From: Elusimicrobiota bacterium | Lineage (GTDB): Bacteria; RUG730; JBDRED01 | Length of the DNA: 64,000 bases | Reading direction: 5' to 3' | Assembly (NCBI GenBank): GCA_043820025.1 | Contig: JBDRED010000034.1 | Span: 10,253-74,252 of the forward strand | Part shown: positions 45,629 through 55,673 of the stretch, piece by piece | Position numbering within the stretch: the first letter of the stretch is position 1 | How the letters are laid out: every line of letters begins with the position of its first letter | Notes under the pieces: generated by a model | Told to the model about the DNA's origin: nothing | What the model saw: only the letters and a program-made list of their open reading frames with translations | Databases searched by the model: none | Position numbers and translations under genes: made by a program

Positions 45629-46585
45629 ATGATGAAAAGAAAAGATTGTATCTCGCTTATTGACTGGTCATGTAATGAGATACAAGAAGTAATGGTAATG
45701 ACCAAGTATTTAAAAGAAAAACAAAAAGCGTATAAAAAATATCATCCTTTATCAGGTAAAACATTAGGTATGATATTTGAAAAAAAATCAACCCGCACCC
45801 GTGTTTCTTTTGAAGTGGGCATGTATCAGCTGGGCGGTTACGCGCTTTATTTGAATGCGCAGGATACACAAATAGGACGTGGTGAAACTATATCTGACAC
45901 AGCGCGCACGCTTTCAAGGTTTTTAGATGGAATAGTGATACGGACATACGCGCACAGCAATGTTATTGAACTAGCTAAACACGCGGATATTCCTGTGATA
46001 AACGGGCTTTCTGACCTTGTTCATCCATGCCAGGTGTTAAGCGATCTTTATACAATGATTGAAAGGTTCAAAATAAATCCGAAAAAGGACAACAAAAAGT
46101 TTTTCAATAATTTAAAGATTGCGTATATAGGCGACGGGAATAATGTTTCAAACTCGCTTGTGATTTTAGCAGGCAAATGCGGTATAAATCTGGCTGTAGC
46201 AACTCCGGCCGGTTATGGGCCTAATACTGATATTGTTGGTAATGCTTCTAAAGAAGCTGTTCAACATGGAGGTTCTGTAATTATTACAAATGATCCAATA
46301 ACCGCAGTAAAGGATGCGGACGTTGTTTATACTGATGTGTGGGTAAGTATGGGCAAGGAAGGCGGGCAATCTGATAAAAAGTCCATATTTTTGCCTTTTC
46401 AGATAAACTCGAAATTGATTTCGAACGCGAAAAAGAATTGCGCTGTTATGCATTGTCTGCCGGCCCATAGAGGAGAAGAAATTACTGATGATGTTATGGA
46501 CGGAAGTCAATCAATAGTGTTTGATCAGGCAGAAAATAGACTACATGTTCAAAAAGCTATAATGACAAAACTAATGGGAAGGTAA
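45629..46585 (+). CDS. argF: Ornithine carbamoyltransferase
   Basis: STRTRVSFEVG (carbamoyl-phosphate site), HPCQVLSD, DVWVSMG and HCLPAHRGEE are typical of OTCase. Confidence 0.88.
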   Translation: MMKRKDCISLIDWSCNEIQEVMVMTKYLKEKQKAYKKYHPLSGKTLGMIFEKKSTRTRVSFEVGMYQLGGYALYLNAQDTQIGRGETISDTARTLSRFLDGIVIRTYAHSNVIELAKHADIPVINGLSDLVHPCQVLSDLYTMIERFKINPKKDNKKFFNNLKIAYIGDGNNVSNSLVILAGKCGINLAVATPAGYGPNTDIVGNASKEAVQHGGSVIITNDPITAVKDADVVYTDVWVSMGKEGGQSDKKSIFLPFQINSKLISNAKKNCAVMHCLPAHRGEEITDDVMDGSQSIVFDQAENRLHVQKAIMTKLMGR

Positions 46586-47260
46586 ATGAGTCCCCCAAGT
46601 TTAAAAATTATTTATAATAAATTATTTAAGGCGTTTGGGCCGCAATACTGGTGGCCTGCAAAAAACGCCTTTGAAGTAATTATAGGCGCTGTGCTTACTC
46701 AAAACACAAACTGGTCCAACGTGGAAAAAGCGCTTTCAAACCTTAAAGGCGAAATCAAACTGACTCCTAAAGCGCTTTATGCCCTTGATAAAACACACCT
46801 TGCAAATCTTATTCGTTCTTCAGGCTACTATAATCAAAAGGCAGAAAGACTGCATAGTTTTTGCTGCGCGCTAAAAAAAGATTATAAGTTTAATCTCAAT
46901 AGTATGCTTTCAAGCGATATTCATTTCCTGCGGAAAAAACTTCTTTCTATTAAAGGTATAGGGCCTGAAACAGCGGATTCCATAATATTATATGCGGCAA
47001 ATAAACCTATTTTTGTTGTGGACGCGTACACATTTCGGATGTGCGGGAGATTAGGGTTTGATATTCCGAGGGATTATGAAAAGGTACAGGTGCTTTTTCA
47101 TAAAAAACTGCCAAATGACTCAAAACTATTTAATGAATTTCACGCGCTTATTGTGCGTTTGGCAAAGAATTATTGCAAGAAAAAACCGGTATGCTATGGC
47201 TGTCCGATTAGAATAAATTGCAAGTATTACATAGAAAGGCCTGAAAAAATCAAAATATAA
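46586..47260 (+). CDS. Endonuclease III-like HhH-GPD DNA glycosylase-family protein with a C-terminal 4-Cys cluster
   Basis: GAVLTQNTNWSNVEKA and the HhH motif IKGIGPETADSIILYA are present. The C-terminus reads CKKKPVCYGCPIRINC. Confidence 0.8.
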   Translation: MSPPSLKIIYNKLFKAFGPQYWWPAKNAFEVIIGAVLTQNTNWSNVEKALSNLKGEIKLTPKALYALDKTHLANLIRSSGYYNQKAERLHSFCCALKKDYKFNLNSMLSSDIHFLRKKLLSIKGIGPETADSIILYAANKPIFVVDAYTFRMCGRLGFDIPRDYEKVQVLFHKKLPNDSKLFNEFHALIVRLAKNYCKKKPVCYGCPIRINCKYYIERPEKIKI

Positions 47261-47392
47261 ATCGCTAGTTACATTGAATTCTTAATTGATAAAATCTAAG
47301 GAACTTTTATATTTGGGATAAGGATTTATAATTAGCAGAGAAAGACATTTTATTTTTTTAGAATTTTAGTATAAGTTAGCGGGAAAAACAAT

Positions 47393-49651
47393 ATGAATCT
47401 ATTGCTTATGCGAATCATTTTAATATCAGAAGGTTTTACGGCGATTATTGTGCAGTCTGTGCTTGTGAGAGAGCTTGCGCTTGTGTTTTCCGGAAATGAG
47501 CTTTCAATTGGTTTTATATTCGCTTTCTGGACATTATGGACTGCGTTTGGCGGAGTCTTAGGCGGAAGGCTCGTAAAAAAAATTAAAGATATCACGGGAT
47601 CTTTTGCGAATACACTGCTTCTTATATCTGTTATTTTCCCGCTATTACTGCTTGCGATAAGAATGACGAGGTTTATTGTTAATGTTCCGCCCGGAGAAAT
47701 GATAGGAATAGGATTAATGATAACCGCAATATTTTTTGCAGTCGCGCCATTAAGTATTATCGGAGGAATGCAATTTACTATTGGCTGTAGAATATATTCA
47801 GATGAAATCAGCACATACCGCGCATCAGCAGGAGCTATGTATGGATACGACGCTTTGGGAGACTTAATAGGCGGAGCTATGTTTAGTTATGTTCTTGTTT
47901 ATTATTTGGATACCCTTGAGATGGCCTTTGTTGTTAGTATTGTAAATGTTGTTTTGATGATAATGCTTCTCTGGAAAAAGCCGATTATGCAAAATGTTTT
48001 TCGGTTAACTGCCGGGGCAGGATTAATTATCAGTATTATATTTATAATAATAACAGGAGGAGTTACCGGATTAAATACAGGCAGTTCGCAGAAAGCCTGG
48101 AAGAATATAAAAGTCAATGAGGTTGCGTACTCGAAATACGGGATTATTACTGTCACTCAAGAAGGAAGCATACACAATTTTTATGAAAATGGCAGTCTTC
48201 TTTTTAGTAACCCCGACAGATTTACGTCTGAGATGCTGGTGCATATCCCAATGTGCGAGGTTGAAAACCCAAAAAATATTTTAATTATTGGAAGCGCGGT
48301 TAGCGGTATCTTAAATGAGACGCTTAAACATAATGTAGAAAGAATCGATTATATTGAAATGGATAAGACGTTGATTGAAACTGCAAAGAAATATATTACA
48401 GACATTGATAAAGAAGCTCTCGCTGATAAACGTGTTAATGTTATTAATACTGATGGCAGGCTCTGGGCGCGTTCTCTTCCGCAAAATTCGTATGACTGTA
48501 TTATTGTTGCTGTAGGCGATCCTTTAACATTGGAAATTAATAGATATTACACATATGAATTTTATAAGGAGCTTAAGCGTATACTAAATAAAAAAGGAGT
48601 AGTAACATTTTCAATAAACTCAAATGACACATATCTTGCATCTGCGATGAAAACATTTAATGCGGGTATTTATCATACGTTAAAAAAGGTATTTCCGAAT
48701 ATAGTTCTTGTTCCCGGAGATATTCTCTTATTTGTCGCAGGCAGTGATAATGAGTTTTTAACTGATAATTCAGAAATAATTGCTAAAAGGATTAGCGATA
48801 GAAATCTAGACACAGCGTATTTTATATCTTCGCAGATAAATTTTATTATGTTTAAGGAGAGGATGGATTTTATTAGAGGAGAGCTTGAAAATTATTCGGG
48901 AACTTATATCAATAAGGATTTTTCTCCAAAGTCGTATTATAGCGCATTATCTGTATATGCGGCGCAGTTTTCATTTTTGTGGGAAAAAATTTTCTCAAGT
49001 CTGAAGAGTATAAAATGGCTCATTTTGTTTCCGGTAATATTATTAGTTTTATCAGGTATGGTTTTAAGCAATAAAAGAGTTTTTGTCCCATTGGTTGTGG
49101 CATATACGGGTTGTATAGGTATTAGCCTTGAGCTGGTAGTTATTTATGGTTTTCAAATGGTTTATGGAAATGTCTACAATATGATGGGGATTATTATTTC
49201 AGCGTGTATGGCGGGAATAGTTATTGGCGCTAAGTTTATGCAAAAAAAAGCAGATAAACTTTTAAAGCCATATTACGCGATAATGTATATTCAAATATTT
49301 TTATGTTTAACAGCTCTGATTTTACCGGGAATTTTAGTGGTATGCGCAAATATTCAGGTATTAAGCGTTAAAGGAATGATGGCAAAGGCTTTGTTCCCAT
49401 TCATGAGCGGATTGGGAGGGATTGCTATAGGAATGACATTCTCTGCGGCAAATAGATTATTTTTAAGATCATATGAAGAATATACGAGCGCGGCAGGTAT
49501 TTTATACGCGTCAGATTTAGCAGGCGCTTCTTTTGGAGCAATTTGTTTGACACTTGTGGTATTGCCGTTATTCGGTATTGCAGGCGCATGTATTATATTA
49601 AGCGCAGGTAGTCTGGTGTTTGCGTTAAAGAGTTATTTTTTGGAATCATAG
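47393..49651 (+). CDS. Polytopic membrane protein fused to a spermidine/spermine synthase-like methyltransferase-fold domain
   Basis: About 7 N-terminal and about 6 C-terminal TM helices flank a soluble core (NILIIGSAVSGILNETLKH..VERIDYIEMD...NVINTDGRLW...YDCIIV) that resembles aminopropyltransferases. Confidence 0.7.
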   Translation: MNLLLMRIILISEGFTAIIVQSVLVRELALVFSGNELSIGFIFAFWTLWTAFGGVLGGRLVKKIKDITGSFANTLLLISVIFPLLLLAIRMTRFIVNVPPGEMIGIGLMITAIFFAVAPLSIIGGMQFTIGCRIYSDEISTYRASAGAMYGYDALGDLIGGAMFSYVLVYYLDTLEMAFVVSIVNVVLMIMLLWKKPIMQNVFRLTAGAGLIISIIFIIITGGVTGLNTGSSQKAWKNIKVNEVAYSKYGIITVTQEGSIHNFYENGSLLFSNPDRFTSEMLVHIPMCEVENPKNILIIGSAVSGILNETLKHNVERIDYIEMDKTLIETAKKYITDIDKEALADKRVNVINTDGRLWARSLPQNSYDCIIVAVGDPLTLEINRYYTYEFYKELKRILNKKGVVTFSINSNDTYLASAMKTFNAGIYHTLKKVFPNIVLVPGDILLFVAGSDNEFLTDNSEIIAKRISDRNLDTAYFISSQINFIMFKERMDFIRGELENYSGTYINKDFSPKSYYSALSVYAAQFSFLWEKIFSSLKSIKWLILFPVILLVLSGMVLSNKRVFVPLVVAYTGCIGISLELVVIYGFQMVYGNVYNMMGIIISACMAGIVIGAKFMQKKADKLLKPYYAIMYIQIFLCLTALILPGILVVCANIQVLSVKGMMAKALFPFMSGLGGIAIGMTFSAANRLFLRSYEEYTSAAGILYASDLAGASFGAICLTLVVLPLFGIAGACIILSAGSLVFALKSYFLES

Positions 49652-50659
49652 CCAATGATTTGATTTATACCACTCATAAGTTTTGGCAATCCCATCCTTT
49701 AACGTTGTTTTTGTATTAAACCCAAAATCATTTTTTGCTTCAGTATTTGAGCATATCCAATAATGCGGTTTAGCCAGCTTAACTTTTTGCATATTTATTA
49801 ATGAATATTTTTTTGTCAGTATTGAGTAAACGCTTCCTATTAATCCGGCTGTCTCGAGAAAAAAATATGGGATATCGCAGGTAAACATTTTTATATTCGT
49901 ATTTAATATTATTTCCTTATGCAGGGTTTCCCAGGTGATTGGGGTATCGTTAGCCAAATTATATATCGCGCCGGATGTTTTATTAGACATTCCGGCTTCG
50001 ATTATCCCGGCAATAAGATCGTCAATGTATATTAGAGATAAATATTTATCTCTATTGCCATAAAAAATATTTAAGCCTCTGGATATGCTTTGAAATAGTT
50101 TTAAAAAATCTCTGTCGCGCGGACCATATACGGCAGAAGGCCGGATTATTGTAAAGGGCGCTGAGTTTGAATATTTATTAAGAATCTCTTCTGCTCTCAG
50201 TTTGCTTTGGCCGTAGTATTCTATAGGGGAAGGCTTTGCGAGGCTTGTAACAGGTTCATTTAAATTTTTAGCAGGACCGGCGGCAGCGAGCGATGACACC
50301 AGCACAAAACGTTTTGGTTTTACGCCGCGTCGTTTAAGCGCTTCAAGAAGATTATATGTTGGTAGAAAGTTGCCGCTGAAAAAATCATCTTCAGTGATGC
50401 CCTTTGTAATACCTGCTACGTGAAATATATAGTCGCAATTATCAAAAACATTATTTTCCGCAAGCTTGTTTACGTCGGAATAGTCAATCGGTACTTGTTC
50501 TGTATTTGAAATGTTGAATGCGGATAGTTTGCTTTCGCGCCTGACAAGGCAGTAAATGGCCGCATTAGGAAGCTTGAGAAGCGCTTCTTTAAGATGGCTG
50601 CCGACAAATCCGTTGGAGCCGGTTAATATAATTTTCATGGTTTTAGTTGAAGAGGCCAT
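49646..50659 (-). CDS. NAD-dependent epimerase/dehydratase (extended SDR)
   Basis: It has the Rossmann motif MKIILTGSNGFVGSHL and the catalytic motif YGQSK (YxxxK). ATG 50638 is an alternative start that would avoid overlap with the upstream GT2 gene. The gene overlaps the 3' end of the convergent + strand gene by 6 nt. Confidence 0.85.
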   Translation of the reverse strand: MASSTKTMKIILTGSNGFVGSHLKEALLKLPNAAIYCLVRRESKLSAFNISNTEQVPIDYSDVNKLAENNVFDNCDYIFHVAGITKGITEDDFFSGNFLPTYNLLEALKRRGVKPKRFVLVSSLAAAGPAKNLNEPVTSLAKPSPIEYYGQSKLRAEEILNKYSNSAPFTIIRPSAVYGPRDRDFLKLFQSISRGLNIFYGNRDKYLSLIYIDDLIAGIIEAGMSNKTSGAIYNLANDTPITWETLHKEIILNTNIKMFTCDIPYFFLETAGLIGSVYSILTKKYSLINMQKVKLAKPHYWICSNTEAKNDFGFNTKTTLKDGIAKTYEWYKSNHWL

Positions 50660-51335
50660 ATCTAACTATGCACCAGATCGCTTTTACTCCGTCTTTAAAA
50701 CCGATTTTTTTGCCTTCTTTATAACTTCTGCCATAGTATGATATAGGCACTTCATATACACGGCACTTTGTTTTTGAAACCTTTGCCGTTATCTCAGGTT
50801 CAAAGCCAAATCTATTTTGATTGATCTTAATATTTTTTATAATATCCGCTTTAAAAACCTTAAAACATACTTCCATATCCGTTAAGTTAAAATTAGTAAA
50901 CATATTAGACAGCGTTGTTAAAAATCTATTAGCTATAGAATGCCAGAAATAATGCACTCTGTGCGTTCCGCCTCCAAGAAAGCGCGATCCGTAAACTACA
51001 TCAGCGTTGCCTTGAATAATAGGCTCCAGCAGGATTGGATAATCGTTTGGAGTGTATTCGAGATCAGCGTCTTGGATAATTATTATATCGCCTGTTGCTT
51101 CCTTAAAGCCGGTTCTTAACGCAGCGCCTTTGCCCTGGTTTTTAGGCTGGTGTATTACTTTTATGCTGTTATTTTTTCCAAGCTCGTTTAATATTTCAGT
51201 TGTGCCGTCTGTGGATCCGTCGTTTACTAAAATGATTTCCTTGTTTTCAGGATATGGCGTATTCAAAACTTCCCGGACTGCTTGTTGAATAGTATCCTTT
51301 TCATTGTAAACAGGCATTACAATAGATAATTTCAT
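50643..51335 (-). CDS. Family 2 glycosyltransferase (polyprenyl-phosphate sugar synthase-like, DPM1/ArnC type)
   Basis: LSIVMPVYNEKDTI, VNDGSTDGT and IIIQDADLEY (the DxD motif) are present. Confidence 0.85.
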   Translation of the reverse strand: MKLSIVMPVYNEKDTIQQAVREVLNTPYPENKEIILVNDGSTDGTTEILNELGKNNSIKVIHQPKNQGKGAALRTGFKEATGDIIIIQDADLEYTPNDYPILLEPIIQGNADVVYGSRFLGGGTHRVHYFWHSIANRFLTTLSNMFTNFNLTDMEVCFKVFKADIIKNIKINQNRFGFEPEITAKVSKTKCRVYEVPISYYGRSYKEGKKIGFKDGVKAIWCIVRYGLFN

Positions 51336-51433
51336 ATTATATACTCCTATGAATTAAAGTAATTAAATTAAAACAGATAACTAAATTATATTCAAGACAT
51401 TTTTATTTTGGATAAGCAGTTTGAAAAAAATAT

Positions 51434-51461
51434 CCGAACTGAGGGACAGACCCCAAAATTC
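51434..51461 (+). repeat. Second, degenerate copy of the CCGAACT-GAGGGACAGACCCC-AAA element
   Basis: CCGAACTGAGGGACAGACCCCAAAATTC matches 12724-12752 (CCGAACTTGAGGGACAGACCCCAAAGTTC), but the 3' arm is degraded, so no full hairpin can form. Confidence 0.75.
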
Positions 51462-51519
51462 ACTTTCTATTTGAGAATAAGCGTTTTTTAATCTAGAATG
51501 GCGTGTGAAAATATTAATG

Positions 51520-51548
51520 TTGACCTGATATATTGAGTGATATATAAT
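51520..51548 (+). promoter_or_regulatory. Candidate promoter (TTGACC-17-TATAAT)
   Basis: TTGACC lies at 51520-51525 and TATAAT at 51543-51548, upstream of the ferritin-like gene. Confidence 0.5.
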
Positions 51549-51574
51549 TACTAAAAATATTAAAGGAGATGATT

Positions 51575-52054
51575 ATGCAAAAGATGAATATAACCGAGAT
51601 CTTTCAAGTTGCTATACGGATTGAAGAAAATGGCGAAAAATTTTACCGCATAGCATCGAATAGAATTTTAAGGGATAGTGTAAAAGAGATATTTTCCGCT
51701 CTTGCCGATGAAGAGATAAAACATAAAGAAATATTTGAAAAGATGCTCGCTGAAATAGAGAATTATGAGTCAGTTGATCAATATCCTGACGAATATTTCG
51801 CTTATGTAAGGTCTTTCGCAAACGACGTTATTTTTACGCATAAGAAACAGCAGGAAGCGATTAACAGTATTCATAATGTGCTTAACGCCGTTGAGTTTGC
51901 TATAGATGTTGAAAGGAATTCTGTATGGTATTATACTGAGATGAAGGTATTGGTGACTAAAGAACAGCAGGAAATATTAGATAAAATTATTCAGGAAGAA
52001 AGACAACATTTTATCAAACTCTCAAAGTTAAGAGAATCTTTGCTTGGTAAATAA
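51575..52054 (+). CDS. Ferritin-like/rubrerythrin-family diiron four-helix-bundle protein
   Basis: Two E...ExxH half-sites are present (IEENGEKFY...DEEIKHKEIF and VERNSVWYY...QEERQHFIKL). ATG 51575 has better spacing to AAGGAG than ATG 51569 does. Confidence 0.7.
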   Translation: MQKMNITEIFQVAIRIEENGEKFYRIASNRILRDSVKEIFSALADEEIKHKEIFEKMLAEIENYESVDQYPDEYFAYVRSFANDVIFTHKKQQEAINSIHNVLNAVEFAIDVERNSVWYYTEMKVLVTKEQQEILDKIIQEERQHFIKLSKLRESLLGK

Positions 52055-52074
52055 TTTTTTATGGAGAATACTCG

Positions 52075-52947
52075 ATGGCAAGAAAAAAGAAGAGTTTAGA
52101 GCAAAATTGCAATCCAAAAAAGGCGTATGAAAATACTGACTTTCTCGAGCGTCCTGAAGCGCGGCTTGTAAGAATAATGAGTGAATTTATTGAGCCGCGT
52201 GTTAGATTGGAAAGGAGCGGAGTAAAGGATGTTGTTGTGTTTTTTGGCTCAGCGCGTATGAAATCAAAAACACAGGCTGACAAGGACTTAAGAGAAATAA
52301 AGAAAAAAATTAATTGTTCAGGCATGCCCTCATTAAGTATGCGCAATAAATTGGCAAAGGCAATGCAGGCAAAGGAGTTGTCTAAGTATTATGAAGACGC
52401 TGTATTGTTCGCGAAAAAATTAACTAATTGGGCAAAGACAATATCAAATGACGGTAAAAGATTTGTTGTTTGTTCCGGCGGCGGGCCCGGTATTATGGAA
52501 GCAGTAAATAAAGGAGCTCTTCAGGCCGGAGGAAAGTCGATAGGCCTTAATATTGGATTACCATTTGAACAAAAGCCAAATGCGTATCAGAGCAAGGATT
52601 TAGGATTTATTTTTAATTATTTTTTTATTAGGAAATTCTGGTTTTCATATCTTGGCAGGGCATTGGTTGTTTTTCCGGGCGGTTTTGGCACATTTGATGA
52701 GTTATTTGAGATGCTGACACTTGAACAGACACGCAGGATGAAGAGAGAAATACCTATGATATTAATTGGATCCGAATTTTGGAATAACATAGTAAATTTT
52801 GATATGCTTGTAAAATGGGGGTTTATAAATCCGGAGGACAAAAAGCTATTTGTGGTATTTGACGATATTGACGACGCGTTTAATTATTTAAAAAATAAAC
52901 TTACCGATTCTCCGGACAGGAAGCATAAGGACGTGTTAGCGTATTAG
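52075..52947 (+). CDS. LOG-family (TIGR00730) nucleotide 5'-monophosphate nucleosidase-like protein
   Basis: The LOG signature is present: VVCSGGGPGIMEAVNKGA and VVFPGGFGTFDELFE (the PGGxGTxxE motif). Confidence 0.85.
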   Translation: MARKKKSLEQNCNPKKAYENTDFLERPEARLVRIMSEFIEPRVRLERSGVKDVVVFFGSARMKSKTQADKDLREIKKKINCSGMPSLSMRNKLAKAMQAKELSKYYEDAVLFAKKLTNWAKTISNDGKRFVVCSGGGPGIMEAVNKGALQAGGKSIGLNIGLPFEQKPNAYQSKDLGFIFNYFFIRKFWFSYLGRALVVFPGGFGTFDELFEMLTLEQTRRMKREIPMILIGSEFWNNIVNFDMLVKWGFINPEDKKLFVVFDDIDDAFNYLKNKLTDSPDRKHKDVLAY

Positions 52948-52971
52948 TTTAACAAAAAAAAGGTGGTGTAA

Positions 52972-54384
<1,413 letters not shown>

Positions 54385-54458
54385 ATGTTGTAAAGGTTGT
54401 GTATTGCGCGACATGAAAAAATAAAAATATCACAAACCCTATCTGCGCCATCTGTGTC

Positions 54459-55172
54459 TTAGTCTTCAATGAATTTGTAACCTACTGTTGGGATTGTGCG
54501 TATGCGGCGGCCTTCTGTGCTAAGTTTCTTCCTCAGGTTTGCTACATGGCGGTCAATTGTTTTACTTGTAGTGGAATATTCATGGTCCCATATTGTTTCA
54601 GATAAGAAAACTCTATTTAAAACCTTGTTTTTCTTTTTTATTAATAAGTATAAAAGCGCGAATTCTTTAGGCGTTAGGGTTAATTTTTTTAAACCAATAT
54701 ATGCTAAATGTGTTGTCATGTTAAGAATAATATTTCCGGACCGCACTATTTCTTCTTCTTCATGTTCGACCTGAGATGCTTGGGAAAAATGTCTTAAAGC
54801 AACTTTTGTGCGCGCAAGAAATATTTTCGGGTCTATTGGTTTGTGAAGATAATCGTCTGCGCCAAGATCGAGCGCTCGAATTTCATCGTCGTCATTCTTT
54901 TTATTGTAATCGCCCAGCATTATTAGCGGTATATAACGCGTTGGTTCATTTTTTTTAAGTATACCCATAACTTCCCAGCCGCTTAAATCAGGAAGTTGTT
55001 TATTCAGCACAATAAGCGATGGATTTTCCTTCCATGCTAATTCCAGGCCTGTGTCGCCTCTATTGCTTGTAAGCACAGTTATTTCATCATTATGGTCCGA
55101 AAAAAACTTTTGCATATGCTCAGCTGTATCTTTATCATGGTCAACAATTAGAATCTTATGTTTCATTATCAC
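54459..55172 (-). CDS. OmpR/PhoB-family winged-helix response regulator with a non-canonical receiver domain (Asn at the phospho-acceptor position)
   Basis: The receiver domain reads KILIVDHDKD...PSLIVLNKQLPDLSG...IPLIMLGD...GADDYLHKP. The winged-helix domain reads LTPKEFALLYLL...TIDRHVANLRKKL...TVGYKFI. No histidine kinase lies nearby. Confidence 0.85.
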   Translation of the reverse strand: MIMKHKILIVDHDKDTAEHMQKFFSDHNDEITVLTSNRGDTGLELAWKENPSLIVLNKQLPDLSGWEVMGILKKNEPTRYIPLIMLGDYNKKNDDDEIRALDLGADDYLHKPIDPKIFLARTKVALRHFSQASQVEHEEEEIVRSGNIILNMTTHLAYIGLKKLTLTPKEFALLYLLIKKKNKVLNRVFLSETIWDHEYSTTSKTIDRHVANLRKKLSTEGRRIRTIPTVGYKFIED

Positions 55173-55259
55173 TTCCTTTCTGTCTAAATATATGTTTAGG
55201 ATTTATTTTATTATGCTATTTTAGGACTATTAAGTCAAGACAGAAATTGACAGACAGGT

Positions 55260-55387
55260 GGGAATGCTGCAATACATGTGACACCTCCTGTAAAATTGTT
55301 AACATTATACTTAAACTAAAAAGTAATATTATCTCTACCCAGTTTGGCTGTATTTAACGGGGATGTCACATGTATTGCAGTATTCCC
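55260..55387 (+). other. 128-nt element bounded by 29-nt near-perfect inverted repeats (candidate structured RNA or MITE-like element)
   Basis: GGGAATGCTGCAATACATGTGACACCTCC (55260-55288) is nearly complementary to GGGGATGTCACATGTATTGCAGTATTCCC (55359-55387). There are 26 Watson-Crick pairs, 2 positions that are G-U only if transcribed from the + strand, and 1 mismatch. The loop is 70 nt and AT-rich. Confidence 0.6.
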
Positions 55388-55641
55388 ATTATTAATAAAA
55401 AATGGAGCGCTCCGCAATGTTGCGATTATATTTAATCGACCATTGTTTTCGAGAGCGCCCCTATATTTTTGGCAGACTAACTATTTTTCTGCCGAGTTCG
55501 TTTCGCATGCGTGTCTACTATCAATAAACCATACAATAGCGTATTGTCAATAGGAAAAAAATATTTTTTAACATTAATTTTTTTAGTGTAGGATGTAAGC
55601 TCATTAAAAATAAAAATCATAGGATTTATTTTGCGTGATTA

Positions 55642-55650
55642 TGCTATAAT
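55642..55650 (+). promoter_or_regulatory. Extended -10 promoter element (TGcTATAAT) for rtcB
   Basis: TG lies at 55642-55643 and TATAAT at 55645-55650, 24 nt upstream of ATG 55674. No good -35 element is present. Confidence 0.45.
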
Positions 55651-55673
55651 AGCATATGTAATTGGAGTGTATT

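Noticed and set aside
47350-47814. 154-aa ORF on the - strand overlapping the start of the spermidine-synthase-like gene
   Set aside because: It is antisense to a hydrophobic TM-rich region, a typical source of spurious ORFs, and has no RBS or recognisable domain.
55344-55553. 69-aa ORF in the rtcB upstream region
   Set aside because: It has a TTG start, no Shine-Dalgarno sequence and a hydrophobic, low-information sequence. It overlaps the right arm of the inverted repeat and the following hairpins, so the region is better explained as non-coding.
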